Shown here piece by piece: positions 35,739-47,924 of a stretch of DNA of 64,000 nucleotides (positions within the stretch are counted from its first letter, which is position 1; the number at the start of each line of letters is the position of its first letter). A program made the position numbers and the translations under genes. The notes under the pieces are model-generated. The model was not told where the DNA came from, made no database searches, and saw only the letters and a list, made by a program, of their open reading frames with translations. Source of the DNA: Parasitella parasitica NRRL 2501 (Eukaryota; Fungi; Mucoromycota); NCBI GenBank assembly GCA_025201805.1, contig MU619270.1, forward strand, positions 15,037 to 79,036, in the 5' to 3' direction.

Positions 35739-37387
35739 TCAAACATCCGAGTTGTGTCTACCTCTCTGACGACGTCTATTATATGTCATGGTTGCAAGCT
35801 TTTGAAAAGCCCAAATAACACACAACCTTACAAGTTCAAAGGTCAACACAAAAACAACGACCCAAAATATGAACCACCCAATAACAGTTCCATTGACTGT
35901 GATAATCTCTGGGTGGCAAAACGTGCCTTGGAAACTGTACATGCCCTTGTCATCATTGTAAAACATGCCAAAGTAGTCCCCGAGGTAAGTTAGAGGCGTC
36001 AGTGTCAAATACGAAGCAGGTGAGTCGACATATGTTCGCGGGCGTGTACCTGCAGGGTCAAATAGGAATGATGTACGTCTATTTCGGATTTCTTCCATGA
36101 TTGACGTGCGACTCATGTTTGCTGCATTGACAGTTAGCCATACCTGAGCACCGACAGAGGGATGATGGATATCCATGCCAACCATTTGAATCAGTTTTTT
36201 TTGCGTTGTTGCTTGGTAAGAGGCCATATCAAATGTCTCTTGGTTGACTACTTCAAAGCCATCTACACCCCAACTGATTAGTTGTTCAATGCTAGGGTGA
36301 TTTGGTAATCGAGCTTGCTGTCTTCCTCCCTCTATCATTATTTTGTTTGATTAGTCAGGCTATCCTTATGGTGCTTGAATCAGCATATTTACGAGTTGTG
36401 TTGCTCCATGGGATATGATTTACAATCACCAAACCACCCAGATCGTGCACTCGGCTGATGACTCTTTGTAATTCCTCGTCCGAGGGCACGGGAGCTGTGG
36501 CTGGAACAGTTTCATTGATGTCAATAAAGTTCATATGAATTCTGCAGCATCTGTTCAAAAAACATGTCAAACCAACGTCGATATCGCGATAGATTTTCTT
36601 CAACTATTTACGTATACTCCATGCCGGGAATCACCACAATTGTATCGTTATACTCTGCTAATGCTAATTTCTCGGCTGCAAGACCCCCTTCGATAGTATT
36701 ATGATCACTTGATAAACGTATTAGCACAATAACAATGCCATTTTTGGAGAACAATAAACTTACGTAACCATCACCGCGTTATAACCATTTGCTACACAAA
36801 TACAAACATTTATTAGCTTGGATCGTGTGTTTGAAGTAGTACGCATTTCCCAAACCTATATGCCACTGTAACAATTGCCGGACGTTCATTTTGCCATCAC
36901 TAAATGTGGAATGGGCATGGCCATTCATCAGAACATTGTATTGAAAGGTGGTATTATACGGTGTGAGGTATTCTCTGGGGTTTACTTTCCAATCAAAGGT
37001 CAATTTCGAGAAATCCTCAGGCTTTGGCATGCTATCGGTATACCGAAGCCCAATTCCTATGGCAACTAGCACGGCAAGAGTTACTATCAAAGTAGCAACC
37101 CTATAGAGCAAGTGCCAAAAGTACTCTGAATGTCGATGAAAAAAGGTTTGTAGACGTTGGTGAAACGACAAGGTGTTGCCATTTGTTGGAGGTGTCAGAG
37201 TAGATAGGCTTTCATCCTGTAACTGTAAAGAGGTACTGGATTTGTTCAGAGGTTCGTAATATTTTAACGGAATGCTACTTTTCATTCTTCCTTGTTCTTC
37301 AAGCGTTGTTGTTGTGGCAGTTGGTGTAATAGGTGCAGCAGCTAAAGAACTATCGTTGTTGACACTTGTCGCCTCTCGCCTGTGCAT
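35739..37387 (-). CDS. Membrane-anchored PHP (polymerase/histidinol phosphatase) domain protein
   Basis: NGHAHSTFSDG, SDHN, IPGMEY, IHMN, VNHIPW, DGFEVVN and GMDIH motifs between an N-terminal and a C-terminal TM helix; about 4 introns. Confidence 0.85.
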
Positions 37388-38062
37388 AATGTTTTGGTTT
37401 TTTTTTTTTTTTTTTTAATGTGTCTGAGAACTAAACATTACAAAAAAGCCGACCTGCCTCGATTACTTTGCATTTAAATTTCAACTCTTTGAGAAGGATC
37501 AAGAGTATGTCCAAACCTAACAATGAAAGCTGTACATTCCTCCGAGTGGCTTATCATACCACGATTACAATGAACCAATATATTTGCCTTGGATAAGCAT
37601 ATAAGAAGTGGAATTTTTTGATGATTCATCAAACATTGCTGATAAACAAGAAAGCTTTTGGACGAATAATCTCACACTCTGAGAAAAATTCAGGGCTCAA
37701 ACCCACACTGTCGCATAATATCGAATCGAGGCAGAGCCAAATAAATGTGAGGATGCAAACTGAACAATATAATCTTGGGAAAGATAGGAGCAGCTTTCCC
37801 TCAAACAAAAAAAAATCACTTTTGAACTCGAATTTACTGTCTACACCAGACACCTTGCCTACAAACATGTTTTGCTAATAAGAATTCATTTTCAAATAAG
37901 GACCACAACATGGGCCACAATAGCAGCTTGAGTATATCTTGGTATGGATAGATAGCTGGGGGAGCAGTAGAACATGTCCTTAAAAGCAATTTTTACAGTA
38001 TGTAGCTTCTTGTTTGGCTGAAAAGACCTTAAGTACAGTTTAAATCGTTAACTTTTTCCCTG

Positions 38063-39679
38063 CCGCTTGAAGGCGTAATTTTGCAATCTCTAATATCTTT
38101 GCAACCTATTCAATGATGGAGATACGATATTCAGCCAAAACCTACCTCTTTTGATCTACTCTACAACATATCCAAGTTCCATGCACCTCTGACTATTTTT
38201 CAGATTTTGCAATGTTTGGACCCCAAACCTCATTTTCGATTTTCAGTTTTCAACTTTGGGTCAACCTTCAGGGTCATTTTTAGGTACGGATTTGAAGTCC
38301 AAACCAAGTATACATCCAAGTACTGGTATGATAACTGTACCTCACTACGTCTTCAGATTCTCGATATCTATCTTTGCTGTCAAGATATTCCCAAAACCAA
38401 ATCCTGCAGATTTCCAAATTTTACAGCATATGGTCTTATAACAAGTACAAAATTTTGCAATTAAATTATGTTCACGTTTGTAAGTAAAGTAATAAAGCAC
38501 GTTTTGGTACACCTACGGGTAATAAATATGTCGTATCCAAGCTCGAATTCGACAAGCTTGGGCCAATTTTGTCTTTTTTACGTTAGACTTTGTTTCCCTA
38601 TTTCTCAAAAAACTACTATGACACTTTGGCTTGAGTGGTTATTAAAATCTTTTTGAAACATGATTCTCTACTAGATGTATTATTTTTTAAATAGATATGT
38701 CGAAAAAAATATTTTTTCGTAAGTTTTTAGCAGAGGCTTAATTTATTTTCATAAGTTTCAGAGTAATCAATGGTATATAGAGATACATGATATAGCAATA
38801 CAAAATAGAGCTACAACATAGCTACCTAAAGGTTTTTGTTTGGTCAAAAAATAGCAGTTTCTGAGGGAGAAAATCTCGAAAAACGGAATTGATTTTTACC
38901 CTTTTGAATGGCTTCATTTTGGCCCTCTAAACATAGGGACGAAAAAATGTAGATTTATTTTGGTCGAGACAAAATTTTAATTTTTGGCGGAAATAATAAA
39001 GCCACAGTTGTAAACAAGGTATTAAAATGTAGGTATTGACATGATGTTTTGTTTGGTCAAGTTTATAGAGCTGCAGGTGCTCAAAATATACTTGATTTAA
39101 CTCAAAAACTATCAAAAAAGATGTTTTTTGAATATTTGAAAATTGGTAGTGAGAAAAGATGTTTATATAGCCGTGTAATTTACATGGTTAGATTCAAAAT
39201 TTATTTTTTGTCATAAAACACTTGGTTCGCATTTCCGATATACTTAATACGTTCTTGAGATATCTAGCAACCAACTCTGCAAGATTTTTGAAAATCTGGT
39301 TTGGGCCAAATGGACACACACTGCTGAGATTCAATCTACAGCCTCCATTGTCGCTGTAAATGAGTGCCACACCTATTTTCAATTGAACAGCAAAGGATGG
39401 TCCTAATAGTAGGTAATTTGAATATGTCTCAATATGAATCAATAGCTGAGATACTGTATAATACGGCCTCAAAAGCCATGTTTATATACCTTCATTTTGG
39501 ATGAAATAAATACTACCAAACCCGAAATGTTACCCGTTTCCCCGCTTTAAGGCATAATTTGCAATCACTGATATCTTTACAAACTACTAAGCAATAAAAG
39601 TACAGTCTTTAGCTAAAATCTTTTTCTTTTGCACCGTTTTACAACATATTCAAGCCTCATGCACTTCTGACCATTTTTT
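38063..39679. repeat. Diverged ~140-bp direct repeats (38063-38200 and 39542-39679) bounding non-coding DNA; probable transposon remnant
   Basis: Colinear shared blocks ccgctt..aaggc.taattt(t)gcaatc.ct.atatcttt and tacaacatat.caag...catgcac.tctgac.attttt. Confidence 0.7.
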
Positions 39680-42600
39680 AACATTGACTGTTTGAAGCTG
39701 CAGCCGCAACTTTTTGAATTTCCCAGACTTGGTTCCTTAACTCTTTGATTGCCTGTGTAGCGATAGAGGTTACCCAGGATAGCAAAATCAACAAAGATAC
39801 ATTTATTAGTGATGTTTTGGCACTCTTCTGTTGTCTAATTATGTAATTTCTTCGTACATTTTCAGCTGTCAAGCTTCTTGAGTTATCTTTTTCAATCGCT
39901 TTGTTTTGTATTATAAGCAAGACGCCCACACTTTAGTCTAACTATATCATTTCATAAACTTCAACGAGTTTGAAAAGCCTAGGTTTTTATAAGCCTTGCA
40001 AGAGATGTTGATAATTTTACCCCAGATAAACCCTTTATTGAAAGTTGAGAGCTGGTTATCCTAAAGCATATATGGTAATTCCATATCACAGTATCGATTG
40101 TAAAATAGCAATATATATCTAATCGAATCAGAAGAAATCACATAAATGCTTTGTTTACGGACTGTTTGCACAATTCAGACAAATTGTAATAGGTCTTCAA
40201 GTGTTGCCTTACAATTGTAATAGATGCTTTCTGTTCTGCATCTATATTGCGAGTCGTAAACACACACATACACAAAACTTCTAAGAGATTTCTTCTTCGT
40301 CCAAGAGGCCAGTGGACAAGTTCTGAATGTTACCAGAGGCAAGAGAAAGGTTCAGTTGTATGCAAAGTACAATGATTTCGCCTGTATAAACCTTGTTTAT
40401 CTCTTTTTTGGCCATCGTTGCCTTTTCCAGCTCTCGGTTTATTCTTCTTATCTTTTCTTTTTTGGGATGTCAGTCGATTTATAAACATGCGCAAGTTGCT
40501 ACCGAACTGGGACACAATAGTATTTTCTATACATGGCGCATCCCTATACCGCAATTTGTTATGTGTAAAAGAATTCTTTAGGAGCGTAGCTGCTAAGCTG
40601 ACAGTATTTTTCCAAATATATGTTCAAACGTATTTTGCAAGTTAAATACTTCCATGTAAAACTTTTTTTGGGCATACCTTTTGAAGGTCAAAAAAAAACT
40701 CGCTTTTGCTTATTCAGTAATGAAAATAAACTTTACATGCGCAAAAGTATGAGCGATAACTGTATTTTTTTGTAAGCGCAAGTTTTGCAAGCCCAAGTAT
40801 ATGATCTGGCTTTCCACTGTGTACAAGAGGTGGGAGCGCTCTTGTTCGTTGTTGTTTTCAGACGGTTCACCTTTGATTGTGATGCTAGATATAGATTTAC
40901 ATAATACATAGGGTAAAGAAGAGCGAGGAAAGTGATTGATAGCATTTTTATTGATTTGATCCGTAAGAACCCATAAAAAATTGCTTCAAGCTTAGCCCAC
41001 ATTTGTGTTAAAACCAAAACAAATGCTACGAGCCTGCTAGCATACAAATCTAAGGCCTCCCTCTTATTTCCTTCATTTGGCACCAGCAGAATGCATCCCC
41101 AATTATCAAGTGTTTCAAACACCAAATCAACATAGGCGTAAAGTGGCCTGTTAAGAAGGCTGGTATTGGAATAAAGGCACGATACCTTCTCTAATCTACG
41201 CCTTACCCATTGACTGCAAACTTGAGACTACTTTATAAAAGATAGACAGGAAACTACCTCTCTAGAGTTCGTGCGTGTTATACTGTATTACAAGGGCAGC
41301 TTTTTTTTTTAAAGACACAAATTTGGAAATGTCTCGTGAGGAGAGTTTGCTTGCCATTTAGCCCTATTTTGATGTGTACCACTTTTAGGAAGATCCAGTG
41401 TATCTCTCGACAAAAACAACAACAACAGCGACAAAAGCTACGAATCTGGACTCTTCTCAAAGATGTCGTAAATTTCTGCTATCAACAGAAATGACAATTT
41501 TGTACAGCAAAATGTTTACATGTTAGTCTACCTTGGTTTTTAATAGCAGAAGACGTTGAACTACTCTACAATAGTTACGCTGAGGCCAAGCATAATAAGT
41601 ATATGGATTATTCGAAGAGTTCGTTCATCTATAATCGCTTTTTATATTTATATATATAGGATTTCCATTCACAGCATTCAAATCAGCCGATTCATGAGGA
41701 TAAAAAGTAAAATATCGTACCATGCTGAATATATAAACTTATCCTCCGCATTACTGTTGTTTATATTTTATTAATTCACAACCGCTCATCCTGAACATGC
41801 AGTGGAATTGAGTGATGTTTCATACCTTTAGTATTTTGAATTACAAGTCTTGAGGCAAACCTAATTTTCTCTAGTGTTGGCCATTGGCAGCATGTATATC
41901 CTTGTCATATATAACTCTCGCTATTTTTTTTATTTTTTTTTGAAAATTTGCCATATGTATATTAATAACGCCTTTTGTAGGTTTTTCTTTTAAGGGGGTA
42001 TTTCAGAACGATAAATTTAAATCAAAAAAATATGTTATCAAGATAATGGTCATAATAGAGAAAGTAAGACAAGGCGTAAACCTTGTTCTTTTGTTGTCAG
42101 ACGCAAGGTACTTTTCGTGCCCAGAAGTAGCAAAGAAAGAGCTATTCAGGAGTCTCGGAAGCATTTCGTTCAACCCCTCCTCTTGTCTGATGATGTACAT
42201 GTCAATAAAAAAAATCAACTACGCAGTGTTGGATATGACAAGAAACGCCATCGTGGGCGTTGCATGGCATTTAGTATATATTATATAGAAACCGATGACT
42301 TCATAATGAGCATGAATGCCGATATATTCAAAAAAAAAAATTGAACTAAATGCCTGGCCGCTTCTGCCCAGATGTGTTTCTTTCTAATTGATATGTGTAA
42401 CACAAGGTTAAGGTTTTCCAATTGAGGATAACAAGATCACAGGAACGAGCTGTCCAACTATCGTAACTAGTGTCAATTGATTGGTTGAATCAGAGTGTGG
42501 GCCTTCTTGAGATGTCGATTTCAAGATTCATTTTACATGAACAAAAACAGAACATGAATTCTAATTATAAACAAAGATAAACATGATAATAATATTTGTT

Positions 42601-44403
42601 ATATAATGGTTTAAATTGAGAATCATTTTACATCATTATGATGATCCCCACAAGATAATCTCAAGATAGCATTCGGAAATTCAGGCACGGACTCTTTTTT
42701 TCAACGTAATTTCGATTTACGTTTCTACATCTTCCTTTTTGTAAATCGCAAATGCCTTAAAAAATGGCTTTCCCGAATATTTATACCTTTTTAGTGTAAT
42801 CGACCGTTCCATTTCAGTTTTTCATAACAGTAGCAGCAGGAATAAAAGACGTTGTGCTCTAGTTTGAATGTGATTTTGTTTACATGTTTATTTATTAATG
42901 GCCAAGCAGGCATGAGTGTCTAAGCGATATTTAGGATGATTGCGTCGTGTTTAAAGGGTTACAAAGTGCTATTATAGTGTTGCAATTATATCATTGTTTA
43001 ATTAACAGTTGAATAGTGTCAAAGCGCTTTTCGAACACTGAATTTGCAGGTGCAACCATGTTTTTCCCATGATTCAAAAGGCAAAAGGTGCAATTGCTTG
43101 TTTATAAAAAGCGTGAACGCAATAAGGTAGGACCATTTAGCAAGAATATTTCCGCCTAATCCTCATTTTGTTTGGTACAAATGTCAAGTACACAGCCATA
43201 TGACATGTGCGTGTGCGTTTACGTGTGTTTAGCACTGAGAGTTATCCTGTCAAGCACATCAAAACTTGTTAATGTAAAGATATACTAAAAATTTGAGTAC
43301 AGATTTCGCCAAATGTATTACAATGATGTTTGCGACGATCGATAGCACACTTGAGAGGTGGATAACTTTAATTGGTATAAAAATAAAGAAGCAAAATATA
43401 GTCAATTCATCAATACATAGAATAAATTGACAACATCTTCACGAGATGCACAAATACAGAACAAAAAAATACGCCACCATGAAAACATGAAATTAATTCA
43501 TACTGGAATCTTTATCGTATTAGAGATTGTTTCATGATAAGAATCCAAGAGCATAACCTACTAATAACTAAAAGGTAATCCGGCTTGTTGTGCACAATAA
43601 GTAGATCGCAATGCCTCGTTTCTGTTGCTTTGATTGCAACTGAAAAAAAATTGATATAAAAGGGCACCCCTTCCACCTCTTTTTTCTTCTTCCTTCTCTT
43701 CATTACCATATTTTTTTTTCCAGGTTTCCAATACGCAAAGCTCAATTGAAAAAAAGATGTCTCAATATATAAAGCCTTTGAACTTGGAAGGAGGTCAATG
43801 GTAAGTGCGTCCACTTCAACATGCTGCCAACATGTGTTTTAACTTGATTTTCATCAGTGCATGGTGTGGAAAATACGGTCATAAAAGACTTACATGCCCT
43901 CTGCTCAAGTAATTAGCAACAAGATTCAATCTAACATCGAACCATCTATTATACCACTACTTTTTTTCTTCTAAAAAAATCATCCTGTATATATTCATAT
44001 ATACCAATATGTTTGTTCTATCCGTGCTCGCGCGTTTCTTATCATTTTCCTAACAAAAAAAAAAATTAACTTATGTACATATCCACATGCTCCATCCATT
44101 GACAACAAAAATTTTCATTTACTTAATTATGATATGACCCATTTCTCCTACTATTCCTCACAAGCACTCAATCGAGTAAAAATAAAAAGTTTCTGCTATT
44201 TGCCATGATATTAGATGGGCTGTGCGCTTCCTAAAGAAAGTTTTTTTTTTGTTATGATGGTTGGCAGGCAGATCGTTACAAATAAATGAATGTCAATTTT
44301 TGATTTTGTGTTTATAACAAAACATCTCATGCAGCACAGGATGGTCCCATGAGAGTTGTTAAAATATCCTGGTTTAGTGTACGACTAAATATGGCAAATC
44401 CGT

Positions 44404-44448
44404 TCTGTCTATCTGTCTATCTGTCTGTCTGTCTGTCTGTCTGTCTGT
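44404..44448. repeat. (TCTA/TCTG)n tetranucleotide microsatellite
   Basis: Seen directly. Confidence 0.9.
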
Positions 44449-45455
44449 TTTATTTTGCTTTGCTATTCCAATAATACAAATGCAATAAAACAGGGCGCTA
44501 TTCAAGCTGTACAACTCTTAATCAAATATATGATATAACATTTATGCAGAAATCTATCGGAAAACGGAAGGATTTTGATGGTTTCCCTGTACGAATTTTC
44601 GTAGAATGCATTGTCACACGACTTGTATAGTAAGAGACACGGGTTAACCATACTCACAGCTATTATTTAATACAATGTGGAGTGATTAGAATCGATCTTA
44701 GTGCAATGGATAACTCCATTTTGCACTCCACTTCTTGCCTCTCCCCCCCCCCTCTCTCTCCCTCCCCTCCCTTTTTTGTGTGTGTTTTTGCCTCATCAAT
44801 AATAACATGTATAACGTTCTACAACCGTTCTACTAAACTTCAATTTTTGCCTCTCTATTCTTAGCAATTTTTAGAGTTTAATGCTTGTTCATGTAAAGGG
44901 ACAAAGACAAAGAGAGGATATGAACCAAGGATACAGTGGGTCTAGAACCCAGTTGTTTGTTTTTAATTTGTAGCCTTTTGTAAATAATATATATCGCTGT
45001 GGGCGGAAAAGAATAGCAAAAAAGGGGAAGCACTGCTATACAGTTCAACACGGGCCACATTTCCTTCAAAGTAGTTTACATGAAAAAAAAAAAAAAAAAA
45101 AATAGGAGAAAAGAAGGCGAGCTAAGGGCTGGGCGCTTTTTGACGAAGATTTGTATAAAAAGAGGGTCCAATGTCATTAGTAAATAATTAACGCAATTTA
45201 CACATGAGGCTGTCATCAATACAGCAAGAAAGAATAAAGAAAAAGGGGTTCTGTATTAATTATTATTCTCTGTGAAAACATCCAAACTAAAAAGGGGCTA
45301 TTCTGTTGTTCGTGAGTATATAAAATCAGTTTATTGTTGTAAGATGGCTCCTAAATCTTACCAAAGATTTGCTCGGAAGAAGATGGCTATCAATTTTATT
45401 GTGAAAAAAAAAAAAAAAAAAAAGCCCCTTAAAAACAGGATCCCCACTCAGTCAG

Positions 45456-45462
45456 TATAAAA
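45456..45462 (+). promoter_or_regulatory. Candidate TATA box (TATAAAA) of the orphan gene
   Basis: ~60 bp upstream of ATG 45518. Confidence 0.4.
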
Positions 45463-45517
45463 CCAAAAACAACACGGTTTTTTCTCCATTTTCATTTCAA
45501 TACTGTAAATATTCTAG

Positions 45518-46216
45518 ATGAGTTTCGATCGTCAGCCAGGAGAAGAACAGAGAAACCATTCAATGTTCAACAGCGACATGCTCTGGCCGTCTCAACACGT
45601 ACATCCTGATTATAACCAAACGATAAATATGTCGTTGCAAGCAGATATTTCTTCGAATAACCCACCCACCACCCAGTCTCTCGCTACAGTTATTGTCCCA
45701 TCCTCATCAACTACTGTCGCCAACACTACCACAAACAGCGCTCTGTCACCTGCTATTAATACCACAAACCCAGCATCAGCCCCTCCACCCATGCTGGACC
45801 CCACAAAGGAATACCATCCAGAATGGGGCGTTATCAAAGACAACGATTTTCATCCTTTGACTCTCAAACACCAACGTGATTTAGAGGTGCAATTTATGGA
45901 AAAGATAGCAGTTTCTGACTTTTACTTTTGGCAAGCAAATCTTGGCGGGTATTGTATGGCAGACATGATGCAAGGTAAGAATTTCATTGTTTGTACTAGT
46001 CGGTTTTGAGTGTTTAAGCCCTTGTTTCAAGGAATTGTTATATCTTCTGAAGGCTCGTTTGTATTGGAGAGAAAAATGGTTGAGGGTGCACCACATCCAG
46101 GCAGAAGAAAAAAGAAGCGTACAGCAGGGTAAGAATACATTCAGTGTGAGATACAGCCCGCAGCCAACTCACGCTAACTGCTGTTGTTTTTTTTTTTGAC
46201 TCATAGACACAACTAA
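45518..46216 (+). CDS. Small hypothetical protein: S/T/P-rich N-terminus, WWE-like domain, basic NLS-like tail
   Basis: Exon 45518-45974, intron 45975-46031, exon GIVISSEGSFVLERKMVEGAPHPGRRKKKRTAG, then intron 46129-46206 and HN* (stop at 46132 if unspliced). Confidence 0.7.
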
Positions 46217-46299
46217 ATTACTTTATTACTGTTAACTATTTTTTTTTTCTCACTGCTATTTACTACACTACTGCCACCAATTTGTATTATTTGTTGTTG

Positions 46300-47496
46300 T
46301 TATTGTTGTTGTTGCTGGCGAATGGGAGCTATTTTACATACATAATATATTATTATCACTATTATTATTAAAACAACTATTATAAAAAACATACCGAAAT
46401 AAGGGTGGTCCATGGCTTCTTTAGCTGTGGGTCTATCTTGATGATCATATTGCAACAATTTGTCTAATAAATCAAATAATTCGTCTGACATGTAATTTTG
46501 GTTTTCATTTGTGACGAATTTGCTCCAAGGCTTTACAGGGTATTTTCCAATTACTTTTGCAACGTGAGGATGTAATTTCAGATCATATTTCTTGAGATAT
46601 TCGTACAACGTGTCGGTACCAATGACCCGAGCAATTTTAATCAATTGATCATAATTGTCTGCTCCACTGAAGAAGGGCTCCTTTCTGAAAACCATTCCAG
46701 CAAGCATACAGCCAAAGCTCCACAAATCTAAACTATAGTCGTAAAAGTGGAAATCGACCAATAACTCGGGTCCCTTGAAACAGCGAGATGCAACTCGAAC
46801 ATTGTATTTCTCTTGAGGATGGTAAAAGTCAGCTAAACCCCAATCAATAAGCCGCAATTGTCGCTTTTCGTGGTCAATCATGACATTGTGAGGCTTTACA
46901 TCTCGATGCATGATGCCCATCGAATGCGAGTAGTCGAGCGCTCTTAAAAGTTCGTACATGTAAAAGCGAATATCCATGTCGGTGAATTTAGGATACAAAG
47001 TTCGGAAATCAATGTTGTTGATACTTTCAAAGATCAAGCAGGGCACCCGAGACTATAGCATACAAAGACATGCTTAGAACCCTCCAATATGCTCTATTTA
47101 ATGCACACAGACAAAACACACTGTACCTCAGGGTCGCGTACGACATCTAACAATCCCACAATGTTGGGTCCTCCTGTTAGGTTTTGTAAGATCTTGATCT
47201 CTCTCTTGATCTTTTTCTTCTTCACGGGCTTCAATACCTTGATAACGCATTGCTCTTGATTTAATGCATTAATTCCAGAAAATACTTCAGAGTACTTTCC
47301 TCGGCCGATTTTTCTACTAATTTCATAGATATCCTGCGATCTAATTTACAACAGTGATGTAAGTGATCTCGACTCCCCTGACTTTTCGAATGTAAATCAG
47401 TTACCCCCAGGTGACTTGAAGCTGCTCATAATCGTAATATTCTTTGGGTTTGTTGGTATTTGCATAGGGATATACCTTTGCAATACTATCAGACAT
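46300..47496 (-). CDS. CKA1: Casein kinase II catalytic alpha subunit
   Basis: [41 protein letters not shown] and KGPELL; introns include 46394-46329. Confidence 0.95.
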
Positions 47497-47865
47497 CGTT
47501 TGTAGCTAGATTAAAAAGAAGTGGAAAAAAAAAAAAAAGAAAAAGAAAAGAGAATAAAGAGTCATGAAAAGAACATCTTCATCCTCTTGTCTTTTCAAGC
47601 CCAGTGAACAGATGCAATGATTGAACCTTGGAGACAGGCTGCCGTGTTGTCAAATTCGCAGACGATGCGGATTTGTCTTCCAAGCAAATGACAAGTTGAT
47701 CAATTGACAATGAAATTTTGCAATGCAATATATCTTCAAGCCAAGCGTAGGCTTGCTTATGTTGGTTTGCTGTTTTATTTGGTCGCATTCCTCTTGAAAG
47801 CCATACTAGTTAGACAGTGTAAAAGCAGTCAGTCAGGCCTTGCTAATGCTTGTCAGGCCGAAAAG

Positions 47866-47880
47866 GGGCGCGTTCGCGAA
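47866..47880. promoter_or_regulatory. Paired CGCG (MCB/SCB/E2F-like) elements in the CK2-RFC4 divergent promoter
   Basis: GGGCGCGTTCGCGAA ~45-60 bp upstream of the RFC4 ATG, in AT-rich context. Confidence 0.55.
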
Positions 47881-47924
47881 CTAGAACCAAAAGCTTATTC
47901 TTCTTTCACAGCATATCAGTTAAA

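Noticed and set aside
40250-41460. Several 60-130 aa ORFs
   Set aside because: No recognisable motif, consistent frame or splice structure; at most unclassifiable relics.
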